A DNA stretch of 64,000 nt from Candidatus Poriferisodalis sp. (GCF_965205175.1 NZ_OZ242038.1:2462627-2526626), one strand, 5' to 3'. Counted from the first letter of the stretch, positions 27,683 to 37,697 are shown. Notes: generated by a model from the letters alone, not told the origin. Numbers and translations are program-made.

Positions 27683-30600
27683 ATGCTGCGACTCGGACTC
27701 GACTTGGGCACGAACAGCATCGGGTGGGTGCTGTATCGGCTGAACAATGCCGAGCCGGTGGAAGTCGTGGCCGGTGGCGTCTCGATTCACAGCGACGGAC
27801 GCAATCCGAAGAGCCGAGCCTCGAATGCGGCCGACCGTCGCTCCAAGCGCGGACCGAGGCGCAATCGCGATCGCGTGCTCCGCCGGCGCCGACGAGTAGC
27901 AGCACGCCTGCGCAGTTGCGGACTGCTGCCTGACGCCTCAGCAGACCGAACGGAATGGCGCCGGCTCGACCCCCTGCGACTGCGAGGGGAGGCACTGGAC
28001 CGGCCGCTCGAACCCAGTGAACTCGCGCGGGTGCTGCTCTCGTTCGCGGACCGGCGCGGCTTCAAGAGCAACCGTCAGACCGACGGCGGCGAGGACGGCA
28101 AAGTCCGCAAGGACAACGCCGAGCTTCAGCGCCGCATCGAGCAATCGGAGGCTCGAACACTTGGCGAGTACCTGTGGCGCCGGCGCCAACGAGGCGAGAC
28201 GGTGCGCGCCCGGCTCGGCAACGGCCTCTACCCAGAGCGATCGATGATCGAGCGCGAACTCGAAGCGATCCAATCCGCTCAGGCACCTCATCACCCACTT
28301 CTGGCCGCAGGCGACTGGGACTTCGTCATCGCCAGTCTGCTCCACCAACGACCATTGCGCCCGGTCGAACGCGGCTGGTGTACATTGTTGGAGGGCGAGC
28401 GCCGGATTCTCAAGGCAGAACCGCTGTTTCAGTACTTCCGCATCCTCCAAGAAGTCAACAACGTGGAAGTGACGCCGCCCGGCGAATCCCATCGACCGCT
28501 GACTGATGAAGAACGCAGGCGGGCCGCCGACAAGCTGCGTCGCAGCGCCCAGCGCACCTTCGAACAGCTCACGATCGATGCTGGACTGCCAGAAGGCACC
28601 CGCGTCAACCTGCGATCGACGGCGCGAGAGAAGCTGGACGGCGACCTCACGGCTAAGGCGCTCCGTTCCAAGAAGTGCTTCGGGAGCACTTGGAACAAGC
28701 GCAGCATCATGGATCAGCAGCTCATCGTGGAGCGCCTGCTCGACGAAGCGGACACCGAACGCCTGATTGACTGGCTGATCGACGAGCACGGACTCGACGA
28801 GGCTGCAGCAGAAGGCGTCTCAGCCGCCAGGCTGCCGCCAGGCACAGGCAACCTGTCCAAGGCTGCGATTGAGCGACTGCTGCCTCACCTGAAAGCCGGC
28901 ATGCGCTATCCCGATGCGGTGAAAGCTGCAGGACTGGGCCACCATTCGGATCGCCATGCCGATGCGAGTCATGATCTGCTGCCGTACTACGGCGAGGTGC
29001 TGGCTCGGCACGTCACCGGCGCCAAGCCTGGTGCGAGCAGCGACGCGGCACGCTACGGACGCGTCGCGAATCCGACCGTTCATATCGCGCTCGGACAAGT
29101 TCGCAGACTGTTCAATGCCATCGTCCACGAGTACGGCAAGCCCAGCCAAGTGGTGGTGGAGCTGTCACGAGACCTCAAGCAAACCGAGGAACAGCGCCGC
29201 GAGGACGAGGAACGGCAGCGCCAGAACCGCGCACGCAATGAACGCCTTCGCGACTGCGCGGCACGCGCCGGTTTCCCCGAACCATCTGCCCATCACATGC
29301 GCAAACTGCGGCTGTGGGAAGAACAAGGCAAAGCCAACGAGCGAATCTGCCCGTTCACGGGCACAGCACTCTCGATCGAGCGGGTCCTGTCCGCCGAGAC
29401 TGAGATCGAGCACCTGCTCCCCTACAGCCGTTCTCTCGACAACAGCATGAACAATACCGTTGTGGCCATGCGTTCGGCAAATCGCGACAAAGCCAACCGG
29501 ACGCCGTTCGAAGCTTGGGGATCTGATCAAGCACGCTACGGCCAGATTCTCGCTTGGGCCAAATCTCTGCCACGAGGCAAACGATGGAGATTCGAGGCGG
29601 ACGCTATAGACACGTTCAAGAAGGACAACCGCTTCTTGGAACGTCAGCTCAATGAGAATCGCTACTTGTCGCGACTAGTCCGTGAGTACCTCGAGTGTGC
29701 AGTAGATCACCGCAATGTCTGGGTAACGCCCGGAAGGATGACAGCACTTCTGCGTCGAGCTTGGGGACTAGAGAGCGTCTTGACAGGTTCAGGCACCAGC
29801 GGAAAGAACCGCGAGGATCACCGCCACCACATGATCGATGCCGCAGTTGTCGGCATGACATCACGCTCGCTGCTCCAACGCATAGCCCATGCTTCCGGCC
29901 GCGGTGTCGATGTCGAACGAATTGCATCATACATCGAACCGCCGTGGCCGCAATTCCGCAGCGATGTCCAATCACTCGTCGATTCGTGCGTGGTCCGTCA
30001 CCGACCCGACCATTTCACGGTACTGCAAGACAAGCCACAGCGCCGCACGTCTGGGCGGGATGTCACGAGCGGTGGTCTTCACAACGATACCGCCTATGGC
30101 ATCGTTGACGGCCCAGACGACAAGGGAATGATGACGCTTGTGGAACGCAAGGACGTCAGTACCGTTGCTATGAATCCGTCGGATCTTGAACGAGTCCGCG
30201 ATCGCGCGCTCAGAGTCAGGTTGCGTTCGCTCTGGGAACGCGTGCAAACACAACATCCGAGCGAGAGTGAACCTCAGCAGTGGCAGCGGTTCGTTGAGCA
30301 CATTCGGAAGAAGCTGGGCATACGGCGTCTTCGACTGCTGACGAACATGAAAGAGTCCAGCTTGGCTTTCGTCAGCGACCCCTCTCGCGGCACCTACAAG
30401 GCATACAAGACAGACGGCAACGCCTATATGGACATCTGGCTTCTTCCGAACAGCAAGACTAAGGGTGAGACGGTCTCTCGATTTCACGCGCATGATCGTA
30501 CCTACAGCTCAGAGATCAAGCGCTGTTACCCGACAGCGCGCAAGATCATGAGGCTACACCGCGATGACATGATGGCTGTGGGCACGGGTGACGGCCGCCA

Positions 30601-30808
30601 GATTTACCGAGTCTTGAAGCTCAGCGGACAGAGTGTGTTTCTCGTTGAGCATCAGCAGGGAGGTCCAGCCAAAGCGATGACCACTTGGAGCAAAAGCGCC
30701 GCAAAGCTGCAGGCTGACGGATTCCGAAAGATCAGCGTTGACATCTTGGGACGAGTGCGTGACAGCGGGCCGCCCGACGCGACGGCGCAACGGCGGCCTA
30801 AGGATTGA
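27683..30808 (+). CDS. cas9: Cas9 endonuclease, type II-C, 1041 aa
   Basis: RuvC-I LGLDLGTNSIGW; HNH EIEHLLPYSRSLDNSMNNTVVAMRSANRDK; RuvC-III DHRHHMIDAAVVG. GAGGGGG SD 8 nt upstream of the ATG. Followed directly by cas1-cas2, with no csn2 or cas4. Confidence 0.97.
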   Translation: MLRLGLDLGTNSIGWVLYRLNNAEPVEVVAGGVSIHSDGRNPKSRASNAADRRSKRGPRRNRDRVLRRRRRVAARLRSCGLLPDASADRTEWRRLDPLRLRGEALDRPLEPSELARVLLSFADRRGFKSNRQTDGGEDGKVRKDNAELQRRIEQSEARTLGEYLWRRRQRGETVRARLGNGLYPERSMIERELEAIQSAQAPHHPLLAAGDWDFVIASLLHQRPLRPVERGWCTLLEGERRILKAEPLFQYFRILQEVNNVEVTPPGESHRPLTDEERRRAADKLRRSAQRTFEQLTIDAGLPEGTRVNLRSTAREKLDGDLTAKALRSKKCFGSTWNKRSIMDQQLIVERLLDEADTERLIDWLIDEHGLDEAAAEGVSAARLPPGTGNLSKAAIERLLPHLKAGMRYPDAVKAAGLGHHSDRHADASHDLLPYYGEVLARHVTGAKPGASSDAARYGRVANPTVHIALGQVRRLFNAIVHEYGKPSQVVVELSRDLKQTEEQRREDEERQRQNRARNERLRDCAARAGFPEPSAHHMRKLRLWEEQGKANERICPFTGTALSIERVLSAETEIEHLLPYSRSLDNSMNNTVVAMRSANRDKANRTPFEAWGSDQARYGQILAWAKSLPRGKRWRFEADAIDTFKKDNRFLERQLNENRYLSRLVREYLECAVDHRNVWVTPGRMTALLRRAWGLESVLTGSGTSGKNREDHRHHMIDAAVVGMTSRSLLQRIAHASGRGVDVERIASYIEPPWPQFRSDVQSLVDSCVVRHRPDHFTVLQDKPQRRTSGRDVTSGGLHNDTAYGIVDGPDDKGMMTLVERKDVSTVAMNPSDLERVRDRALRVRLRSLWERVQTQHPSESEPQQWQRFVEHIRKKLGIRRLRLLTNMKESSLAFVSDPSRGTYKAYKTDGNAYMDIWLLPNSKTKGETVSRFHAHDRTYSSEIKRCYPTARKIMRLHRDDMMAVGTGDGRQIYRVLKLSGQSVFLVEHQQGGPAKAMTTWSKSAAKLQADGFRKISVDILGRVRDSGPPDATAQRRPKD

Positions 30809-30812
30809 GTCC

Positions 30813-31721
30813 ATGGAACGCCGGGTCCTCGACATCGCGAGCGGTCGGCGCTACCTGTCGAAGAAGCGGGGTTCCCTCGTTGTAGTCAGTCGATCTGATT
30901 CAGATGACGATTCGGAGCAGCTCGTGCCGTTCGACGAAATCGAGTCGATCATCGTGCATACGCCGCAAGCTTCCTACTCGAACAGCCTGGTCGTTGAACT
31001 CGCCCGCCGAGGCATACCGCTAGTCTGCTGTGACACGCACCACATGCCGGCTGCTTGGCTCTGGCCGATACAGAGCAACTATGAGCAGAGCAGGCGCATG
31101 ACAGCGCAAGCGGCGGTGCCCGACAATATTCGCACTGCGATCTGGGCAGAGCTGGTGCAGACAAAGCTAGAGGCACAGGCAACGGTCCTCAAGTGCGAGC
31201 AGCGTGACCCTACAGCCCTCTACGACTTCGCCGCCCGTGTCTTGCCGGACAATTGCACTGCATTGGAAGCGCACGGAGCGCGGCAGTATTGGACAGCCCT
31301 CTTCGGCGAGAGTTTTCGCCGGAGACAGGACGGTTCACCTCCGAATGGTCTGTTGAACTATGGCTATGCTGTATTGCGAGCAACTGCGGCGCGAAGTATC
31401 TGTGCTTCTGGCCTGCACCCTTCACTCGGCCTTCAACATCACAACCGTTTCAATGCGTTCTGCCTGGCTGATGACTTGATGGAGCCCTTTCGACCCGCGG
31501 TTGACAGAATCGTCGTGACGCTGTGGAATGAGGGACATCGCTCCGTTGATGCCGAGACCAAGCCAGTGCTCGCAACAGCGTTGGCTCGCAGTGTGGACAC
31601 CAAGCGTGGCACCGCACCGCTCAGCCGCTGCGTCGAATGGGCCGCGCAGTCGCTGACGAGAGCCGTGCTTGAGAGAGTACCCCACATCAGCTTGCCGTCG
31701 GGCGAGGCAATCGGCGGATGA
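30813..31721 (+). CDS. cas1: CRISPR-associated endonuclease Cas1 (type II)
   Basis: ATG at 30813, 4 nt after the cas9 stop. MERRVLDIASGRRYLSKKRGSLVV...NGLLNYGYAVLRA...GLHPSLGLQHHNRFNAFCLADDLMEPFRP. Confidence 0.93.
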   Translation: MERRVLDIASGRRYLSKKRGSLVVVSRSDSDDDSEQLVPFDEIESIIVHTPQASYSNSLVVELARRGIPLVCCDTHHMPAAWLWPIQSNYEQSRRMTAQAAVPDNIRTAIWAELVQTKLEAQATVLKCEQRDPTALYDFAARVLPDNCTALEAHGARQYWTALFGESFRRRQDGSPPNGLLNYGYAVLRATAARSICASGLHPSLGLQHHNRFNAFCLADDLMEPFRPAVDRIVVTLWNEGHRSVDAETKPVLATALARSVDTKRGTAPLSRCVEWAAQSLTRAVLERVPHISLPSGEAIGG

Positions 31722-32050
31722 GAGAATTCAGCGGGTACAGATTCATGTGGACGATGGTGATGTTCGATTTGCCGGTGCTCACGAAGCCTCAACGCCGACG
31801 CGCTACGCTCTTTCGGAACGACCTGCTTGATCTCGGGTTCGAGATGGCGCAATTCTCGGTCTACATGAAGTTCAGCGGTAGCCGGCCCGCCGTCGATGCG
31901 CTAGCATATCGGGTACAGTCACGAATACCGCCAGAAGGCAACGTCAGCATATTGTCATTTACCGATAAGCAATACGGTCAAATGCGAGTGTTCAACGGCG
32001 GCGCACGCCAAGAACGAGACACTTCACGAGGCCAACTCCTGCTGTTCTAA
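31718..32050 (+). CDS. cas2: CRISPR-associated endoribonuclease Cas2
   Basis: 110 aa. ATGA overlap with cas1. WTMVMFDLPVLTKPQRRRATLFRNDLLDLGFEMAQFSVYMKF. Confidence 0.9.
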   Translation: MREFSGYRFMWTMVMFDLPVLTKPQRRRATLFRNDLLDLGFEMAQFSVYMKFSGSRPAVDALAYRVQSRIPPEGNVSILSFTDKQYGQMRVFNGGARQERDTSRGQLLLF

Positions 32051-32057
32051 CGGCACC

Positions 32058-32949
32058 GAGTCACCAGCGAATAGAATGGTCAGCTGCCAAAACGACAGAC
32101 GTGTCGGTAGTGGCAGAGCCGGAACTTTAGCAGGTCAGGGAATGGTCGGCTGCCAAAACTACCGCGTGGAAGCAAGCAAATACAAGCGTACTTTAGCAGG
32201 TCAGGGAATGGTCGGCTGCCAAAACACTCTCGCACATTACAACCGCTTGCGCCGAACTTTAGCAGGTCAGGGAATGGTCGGCTGCCAAAACTGCAACTAG
32301 AACCGAGTTCAAGCGTAATCGACTTTAGCAGGTCAGGGAATGGTCGGCTGCCAAAACCCTAGGGGCAAGTACCTACAGCGCTTAGGGACTTTAGCAGGTC
32401 AGGGAATGGTCGGCTGCCAAAACAGGCGACGTGGACTGACCTCACTAGCTCACACTTTAGCAGGTCAGGGAATGGTCGGCTGCCAAAACCTGAGGATTCT
32501 TCCGTAAAACTGGGTAGAACTTTAGCAGGTCAGGGAATGGTCGGCTGCCAAAACGGCTGACGATGTGCCTCGATGCTCGGCTGACTTTAGCAGGTCAGGG
32601 AATGGTCGGCTGCCAAAACAACGGTGGCGGTATTGTGCGCGCAACGTATACTTTAGCAGGTCAGGGAATGGTCGGCTGCCAAAACTTATCAGAGAGACAA
32701 GCAGAACAGCAGAAAACTTTAGCAGGTCAGGGAATGGTCGGCTGCCAAAACTCATATGCCGAATGCCCGGCCATTCTGACAACTTTAGCAGGTCAGGGAA
32801 TGGTCGGCTGCCAAAACAAATCAAACCAAAGGATACTCTGACAATGAACTTTAGCAGGTCAGGGAATGGTCGGCTGCCAAAACTTATGTTCGACAGTACC
32901 AAGTTTCATTTGCACTTTAGCAGGTCAGGGAATGGTCGGCTGCCAAAAC
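32058..32949 (-). CRISPR. CRISPR array: 13 identical 36-nt repeats, one degenerate cas2-proximal repeat and 13 spacers
   Basis: The plus-strand repeat ACTTTAGCAGGTCAGGGAATGGTCGGCTGCCAAAAC starts at 32124, 32190, 32256, 32322, 32388, 32454, 32519, 32584, 32650, 32716, 32782, 32848 and 32914. Spacers are 30 nt, except two of 29 nt. The degenerate copy at 32058-32093 keeps only about the last 20 nt. I call the minus strand because the reverse complement starts GTTTTGG and the degenerate copy marks the trailer end. Confidence 0.97.
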
Positions 32950-33083
32950 CGACCGCAGCGGGGCTGGCCGGGCCTGCGATGTGCTGAATGGCCGCGTCGC
33001 TAGCGCTGTGTCGTGCCTCGGGAGGGGCGGCACTGGAGCACGCAACGAAGGCTGCGCAGGCGTTCTCCGCACGCTCGGCGGGC

Positions 33084-34568
33084 TCAGCCGCAGAGGCCTC
33101 GTGCTTGGCAGAGGGCCTTGTCGCGCTGGAACTGCTCGTCGGTCTCGGAGAACGACAGGGTGCCGTCCGCGTCGGTGAGCACGAAGTACATCCACGGCCC
33201 GTCCGCGGGATTCAGCGCCGCTTCGAGCGACGCGCGGCCAGGCGCCGCGATCGGTGTCGGCGGCAGCCCCGTCAGCACTCGGGTGTTGTACGGCGAATCC
33301 ACCGCCAGCAGTTCCGCAGTGAGCTCCGACGTGCCCACCGCGTAGACGACGGTCGCATCCAGACCGAGCGACCAGCCCTGGGAAAGCCGGTTGTAGATCA
33401 CCCTGGAAACTCTGGCTCGGTCCTCAGGCCGCTGAGCCTCCCGCTCGATCATGCTCGCCACGATCAGCGCCTCATAGGGCGTCAGACCCACCCGCCGCGG
33501 CGCCTCGTCATAGCCCAGCTCCGTCAGCACGGCGTCCAGCCGGTCGGTCATCAGCGCCACCAGCTGCTCCGCGGTGGTCTGAGAATCCACAAAATACGTG
33601 TCGGCGAAGAGCTGTCCCTCGGCAGGGTCGATGACCCCAGCGGGCAGCACGCTCGGCGCAGGCGCCACCAGCGAGAGCACAGCACGCTCCCGCACCGCCG
33701 CGCGGAACTCCGTGCCGCTGAAGCTCAGGTCCTGCGCTTGGTCGAACAGGTCGGCCATCTGCGCCACCGTCCAGCCCTCGGGAATGGTGAGCGACTGCTG
33801 ATCGGCTTGCGCAATGCGACTCGGCCCCGCCTCGAGCACCGCCAAGGTCTCCCACACCGACGAATTGGCTTGGAAGGTGTACTCGCCGGCTTGGAACGCC
33901 GGTCCGCCCTTGATCCTCACGTACCACTCGTAGGCCCGCGAACTCGGCACTACGCCACGCTCGGCGAGCAAGTCCGAGATGCTCGCCGTGCTCGACCCGA
34001 GCGGCAGAGTCAGCACGATCTCGCCAGCGGGCTCGCCAGGGGGATCGAGCTGCTCGCTCACCCAGCGATACGCACGGCTGCCCGCCACCCAGGCAACCAC
34101 AGCGAGCAGCACGAGAAACAGCACCGCTCCCCACGTGCCAGGGCCGCGACGGGTGCTGACCACCTCGTAGTCGACCCCGCGGCGGCCGCGGACGGCCTGC
34201 GCCGACTCGTCTCCGGCACCACCGGCGGCCGACGGGCTCGCCGTGCGCTTCCGCCTGGCACCAGCAAAGACGCCGGCGGGAGGACGCCCGCGGGCGCGGA
34301 CCGGCGCCGCACGGGCTTGGGGCGACGGGTGTGAGGTGCCGCGGGCAGCCACCGATGGCGCCTGCTGACTTGCGCGGACTCGCACGCTCGGTGTCAGCCC
34401 CGGCTCGGCTTCACGAGCACCGTCGCCGGGCGGCATCAGCCCGACGACAGCACCCAGCCGCCCCGCCAGTCGGCGCGTCCCCGACTGCGGCGACGCCCTC
34501 ACTCCCGCAGCGCCGCTGGCCGAGCTGCCCGAGCTGCCACCGCCGGCAGCTTCGGCGCCGTCAGTCAC
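33084..34568 (-). CDS. mltG: Endolytic murein transglycosylase MltG (YceG-like) with a long low-complexity cytoplasmic N-terminus
   Basis: 494 aa. TM helix WGAVLFLVLLAVVAWVAG, then IPEGWTVAQMADL...ASMIEREA...VIYNRL...LGLDATVVY...SPYNTRVLTGLPPTPIAAPG. Confidence 0.88.
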   Translation of the reverse strand: MTDGAEAAGGGSSGSSASGAAGVRASPQSGTRRLAGRLGAVVGLMPPGDGAREAEPGLTPSVRVRASQQAPSVAARGTSHPSPQARAAPVRARGRPPAGVFAGARRKRTASPSAAGGAGDESAQAVRGRRGVDYEVVSTRRGPGTWGAVLFLVLLAVVAWVAGSRAYRWVSEQLDPPGEPAGEIVLTLPLGSSTASISDLLAERGVVPSSRAYEWYVRIKGGPAFQAGEYTFQANSSVWETLAVLEAGPSRIAQADQQSLTIPEGWTVAQMADLFDQAQDLSFSGTEFRAAVRERAVLSLVAPAPSVLPAGVIDPAEGQLFADTYFVDSQTTAEQLVALMTDRLDAVLTELGYDEAPRRVGLTPYEALIVASMIEREAQRPEDRARVSRVIYNRLSQGWSLGLDATVVYAVGTSELTAELLAVDSPYNTRVLTGLPPTPIAAPGRASLEAALNPADGPWMYFVLTDADGTLSFSETDEQFQRDKALCQARGLCG

Positions 34569-34974
34569 GCCCGTCGAGCCACGACTGCAAGATGACCGTG
34601 GCCGCCACCTTGTCGACGACTCTTCGCCGCGCTGGGCCGCGCACGCCCTGCTGGGCGAGCATGCGTTCAGCGCTCACGGTCGTGAACCGCTCGTCGTGCA
34701 GCACGACAGGCACCTCAAGCGCAGCGGCAATTTCCTCAGCCTCAGCGCGCACACCGGCTGCAGCCGGCCCTTCGCTGCCGTCGAGCGAGATCGGCAAGCC
34801 GATGACGACCACCTCCGCCCCCATCTCAGTGACCATAGCTGCGAGCGCTCGATGGTCACGGGCGCGCCCGCCGCTGCGTTCGAGCACTTCATAGGGCACC
34901 GCAACCGGAGCGTCTGCCGGTGCGAACGCCACGCCGATGCGCACCGCACCCAAGTCCACCCCCGCAGCCCGCAT
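34561..34974 (-). CDS. ruvX: Holliday junction resolvase-like pre-16S rRNA nuclease (YqgF)
   Basis: ATG at 34974. MRAAGVDLGAVRIGVAFAP...VVIGLPISLDGSEGP...DERFTT. 8-nt overlap with the mltG start. Confidence 0.85.
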   Translation of the reverse strand: MRAAGVDLGAVRIGVAFAPADAPVAVPYEVLERSGGRARDHRALAAMVTEMGAEVVVIGLPISLDGSEGPAAAGVRAEAEEIAAALEVPVVLHDERFTTVSAERMLAQQGVRGPARRRVVDKVAATVILQSWLDGRD

Positions 34975-34990
34975 CAGCGGACGCGGCGGC

Positions 34991-37669
34991 TCACGCCCCG
35001 AGTGCCGCAGCTCGGGCCTGGGCCAAGGCGCTGCCGATGCCGTCAGGATTGCGGCCCCCGGCAACCACTAGCGGCGGGTCGCCCTTGGCGCCGAAGCCGC
35101 CGCCGACCGTTCGGGCCGCATCGCGCAGCAGATCGGCCGCAGACAACGAGCCGTCGGGGTCCACCGCTGCCACCAACGCCACTCCGCCCGCCGCTGGCGC
35201 AGAGGCCAGCACCACTGCGCGGATGCCGTTGCGGTCACGCACCGACACTGCAAGGTCTCGCAGCGCGTCACGTTCGAGATCGCCGAGATCAGCGACCACC
35301 ACGCCGTCGTCGGCGTTGGCCGCCAAGTCCTCGGCCTGGCCTGAGGCGATGGAACGCTGCAGGTCCCGCACTTGGCGGCGCAGGTCGCGGGTCTCGTCCA
35401 GCCGTCGCTGCAACGCCCCAGCGAGGTCGTCGGGCGGCGCATTGAGCAACTGCGCCAGCGAGTCCAACGTGTCCTCAGCGTCGGCAAGCCGATCGACCGT
35501 CGCAAGACCAGTGACCGCCTCGATGCGACGCATGTTCGAACCGATGCTGGATTCGGAGACGATGCGCAGATGCCCGATATCGCCCAGGGCGTCCACGTGA
35601 GTGCCGCCGCACAGCTCCGTGGAATGCTCGCCCGCCTCCAGCACCCGAACGACATCGCCGTACTTGTCGCCGAAGAAGGCAATGGCGCCGATGGACTTGG
35701 CATGGCTCATCGAGGTCTCGTAGTGGCGGCATCGGCCGTTGGCGATGATCTCCGCGTTCGCGACGCGCTCGATCTCGCGCAGCTGACTTCGGCTGACGGC
35801 TTCGTAGTGACTGAAGTCGAAACGCAGGCGATCGGGGGCCACCAGCGAGCCCGCCTGCTTGACGTGCTCGCCCAGCACCTCTCGCAGCGCCCAGTGCAGG
35901 ACGTGGGTGCCAGTGTGGTTGCGCCGAATGGCGGACCGCCGCTCGCCGTCGATCTCGGCTCGCACCAGCGATCCGGCCGCCACGCCCTCGCCCACGACCC
36001 GGCCGAGATGGCGGTGCAAGTCGGCCAGCGCGAAGGTGCAGTCGATCACCTCGATGTCCCCGGCGGGACCGGCGATGGTTCCGATGTCACCGATCTGCCC
36101 GCCGCTCTCGGCGTAGAAAGGCGTGCGGTCCAAGAACACCTCCACCAAGCGCTCATCCGCCCCGCCGGGCTGCGCGGCACTCATGTCGCCGCCGCCACCC
36201 GACGCAGCGTCGAACACCGCCAAGACGCGGGCATCGGTCACCGTCGACGCGTGCCGAACGAACTCGGTCGGCCCGAACTGAGACACCAGCTCCCGATAGC
36301 GCTCGTCGGCGAAGGTCGGGCCGCCGGCTCGCCCAGCGCGGGCACGCTCGCGCTGGCCCTCCATGGCAGCCTCGAATCCGTCCCGGTCGAGGCTGACGCC
36401 GCGTTCGGCCAGAATCTCCTCGGTCACCTCCACCGGGAATCCGAACGTGTCATGGAGGCGGAACGCCACGTCGCCCGCGAGCATCATCGAGCGCTCGCCC
36501 GCAGCGGCGTCGGCCTGCGAAGCACCCGACCCGGCGTCGGCGCCAATGCGCTCGAGCTCCTCGTCGAGAATTCGCTGTCCCGCAGCGAGCGTGGCCCGGA
36601 AGCGCTCCTCCTCGCGGGTCACGACGTCGATGATGAACTGGCGTTGCTGGACCACGTCGAGGTAGTGGTCGCCCATCACGTCCACCACCACCTCCACCAG
36701 CCGCGGCATCACCACCTCGGTGACGCCGAGCACCCAGGCGTGGCGCACAGCACGGCGGATGATCCGCCGAAGCACGTAGCCACGGTCCTCGTTGGACGGG
36801 AAGACCCCGTCGGAGATCAGCATCGCGGTCGTGCGCGCGTGGTCGGCGAAGATGCGCATCGACACGTCCGTCTCGGGATCGGCGCCGTAGGCGGTGCCGC
36901 AGATGCGCTCGGCCTCAGCCAGCAGCGGCGCGAACAGGTCGATGTCCCAAGCGGAGGGCACACCCTGCAGCACCGCCAGGATGCGCTCCAGCCCCGCACC
37001 GGTGTCGATCCCAGGCGCCTCCAGCGGCGTCAGCTCGCCGGCGCCGTCAGCAGCGAACTGCATGAACACCAGATTCCATATCTCGACGAAGCGGTCCTCG
37101 CCACCGTGCGCCGGACCTCCGTCGTCGCCGAACTCCGGTCCGAGGTCGTAGAAGATCTCGCTGCAGGGCCCGCACGGCCCCACATCGCCCGCAGCCCACC
37201 AGTTGTCCCCCTCCAGCCGCTGAATGCGCTCGGCCGGGACGCCGACGCCCGAGCGCCAAATCTCGGCGGCATCGTCATCGCTGACATGCACCGTCACCCA
37301 CAGCTTGTCCCGCTCGAGGCCGAGCACCTCGGTGACGAACTCCCACGCCCACGGGATCGCTTCGGCCTTGAAGTAGTCGCCGAAGCTGAAGTTGCCCATC
37401 ATCTCGAAGAAGGTGAAATGGCGGTTCGTGCGGCCGATGTCGTCCAAGTCGTTGTGCTTGCCACCCGCCCGGACACACTTTTGAATCGTGACCATGCGGC
37501 GCGTCGGCGGCACCTCCTCGCCGAGGAAGTACGGCATGAACGGCACCATGCCGGCCACGGTGAACAGCAGTGAAGGCTCGTGCGGAATCAGGCTCGCAGA
37601 GTCGCGAACTTCGTGGCCTCGTTCCGCCCAGAAGGAGCGGAATGCCTCACGCAGTTCGCCGGCGAGCAC
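34991..37669 (-). CDS. alaS: Alanine--tRNA ligase
   Basis: I chose the GTG at 37669 (VLAGELREAFRSFWAERGHEV...SLIPHEPSLLFTVAGMVPF) because the upstream small gene stops at 37716. HTGTH/HxxxH editing motifs and a C-terminal DHHA1-like region. Confidence 0.93.
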   Translation of the reverse strand: MLAGELREAFRSFWAERGHEVRDSASLIPHEPSLLFTVAGMVPFMPYFLGEEVPPTRRMVTIQKCVRAGGKHNDLDDIGRTNRHFTFFEMMGNFSFGDYFKAEAIPWAWEFVTEVLGLERDKLWVTVHVSDDDAAEIWRSGVGVPAERIQRLEGDNWWAAGDVGPCGPCSEIFYDLGPEFGDDGGPAHGGEDRFVEIWNLVFMQFAADGAGELTPLEAPGIDTGAGLERILAVLQGVPSAWDIDLFAPLLAEAERICGTAYGADPETDVSMRIFADHARTTAMLISDGVFPSNEDRGYVLRRIIRRAVRHAWVLGVTEVVMPRLVEVVVDVMGDHYLDVVQQRQFIIDVVTREEERFRATLAAGQRILDEELERIGADAGSGASQADAAAGERSMMLAGDVAFRLHDTFGFPVEVTEEILAERGVSLDRDGFEAAMEGQRERARAGRAGGPTFADERYRELVSQFGPTEFVRHASTVTDARVLAVFDAASGGGGDMSAAQPGGADERLVEVFLDRTPFYAESGGQIGDIGTIAGPAGDIEVIDCTFALADLHRHLGRVVGEGVAAGSLVRAEIDGERRSAIRRNHTGTHVLHWALREVLGEHVKQAGSLVAPDRLRFDFSHYEAVSRSQLREIERVANAEIIANGRCRHYETSMSHAKSIGAIAFFGDKYGDVVRVLEAGEHSTELCGGTHVDALGDIGHLRIVSESSIGSNMRRIEAVTGLATVDRLADAEDTLDSLAQLLNAPPDDLAGALQRRLDETRDLRRQVRDLQRSIASGQAEDLAANADDGVVVADLGDLERDALRDLAVSVRDRNGIRAVVLASAPAAGGVALVAAVDPDGSLSAADLLRDAARTVGGGFGAKGDPPLVVAGGRNPDGIGSALAQARAAALGA

Positions 37670-37697
37670 CGCGCAAGGATACTGACGCCTCGGCGCT

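Noticed and set aside
32884-32913. Possible self-targeting spacer: a 10-nt identity (GAAACTTGGT) between the reverse complement of this spacer and the tubulin-like gene near 52091
   Set aside because: Only 10 of 30 nt match and the flanks diverge completely, which is consistent with chance. I saw no spacer with a convincing protospacer inside this window by eye.
32076-32987. ORFs of 74-140 aa on both strands with repeating peptides (TLAGQGMVGCQN, FSRSGNGRLPK, FGSRPFPDLLK)
   Set aside because: They are translations of the 36-nt CRISPR repeat in different frames, not genes.
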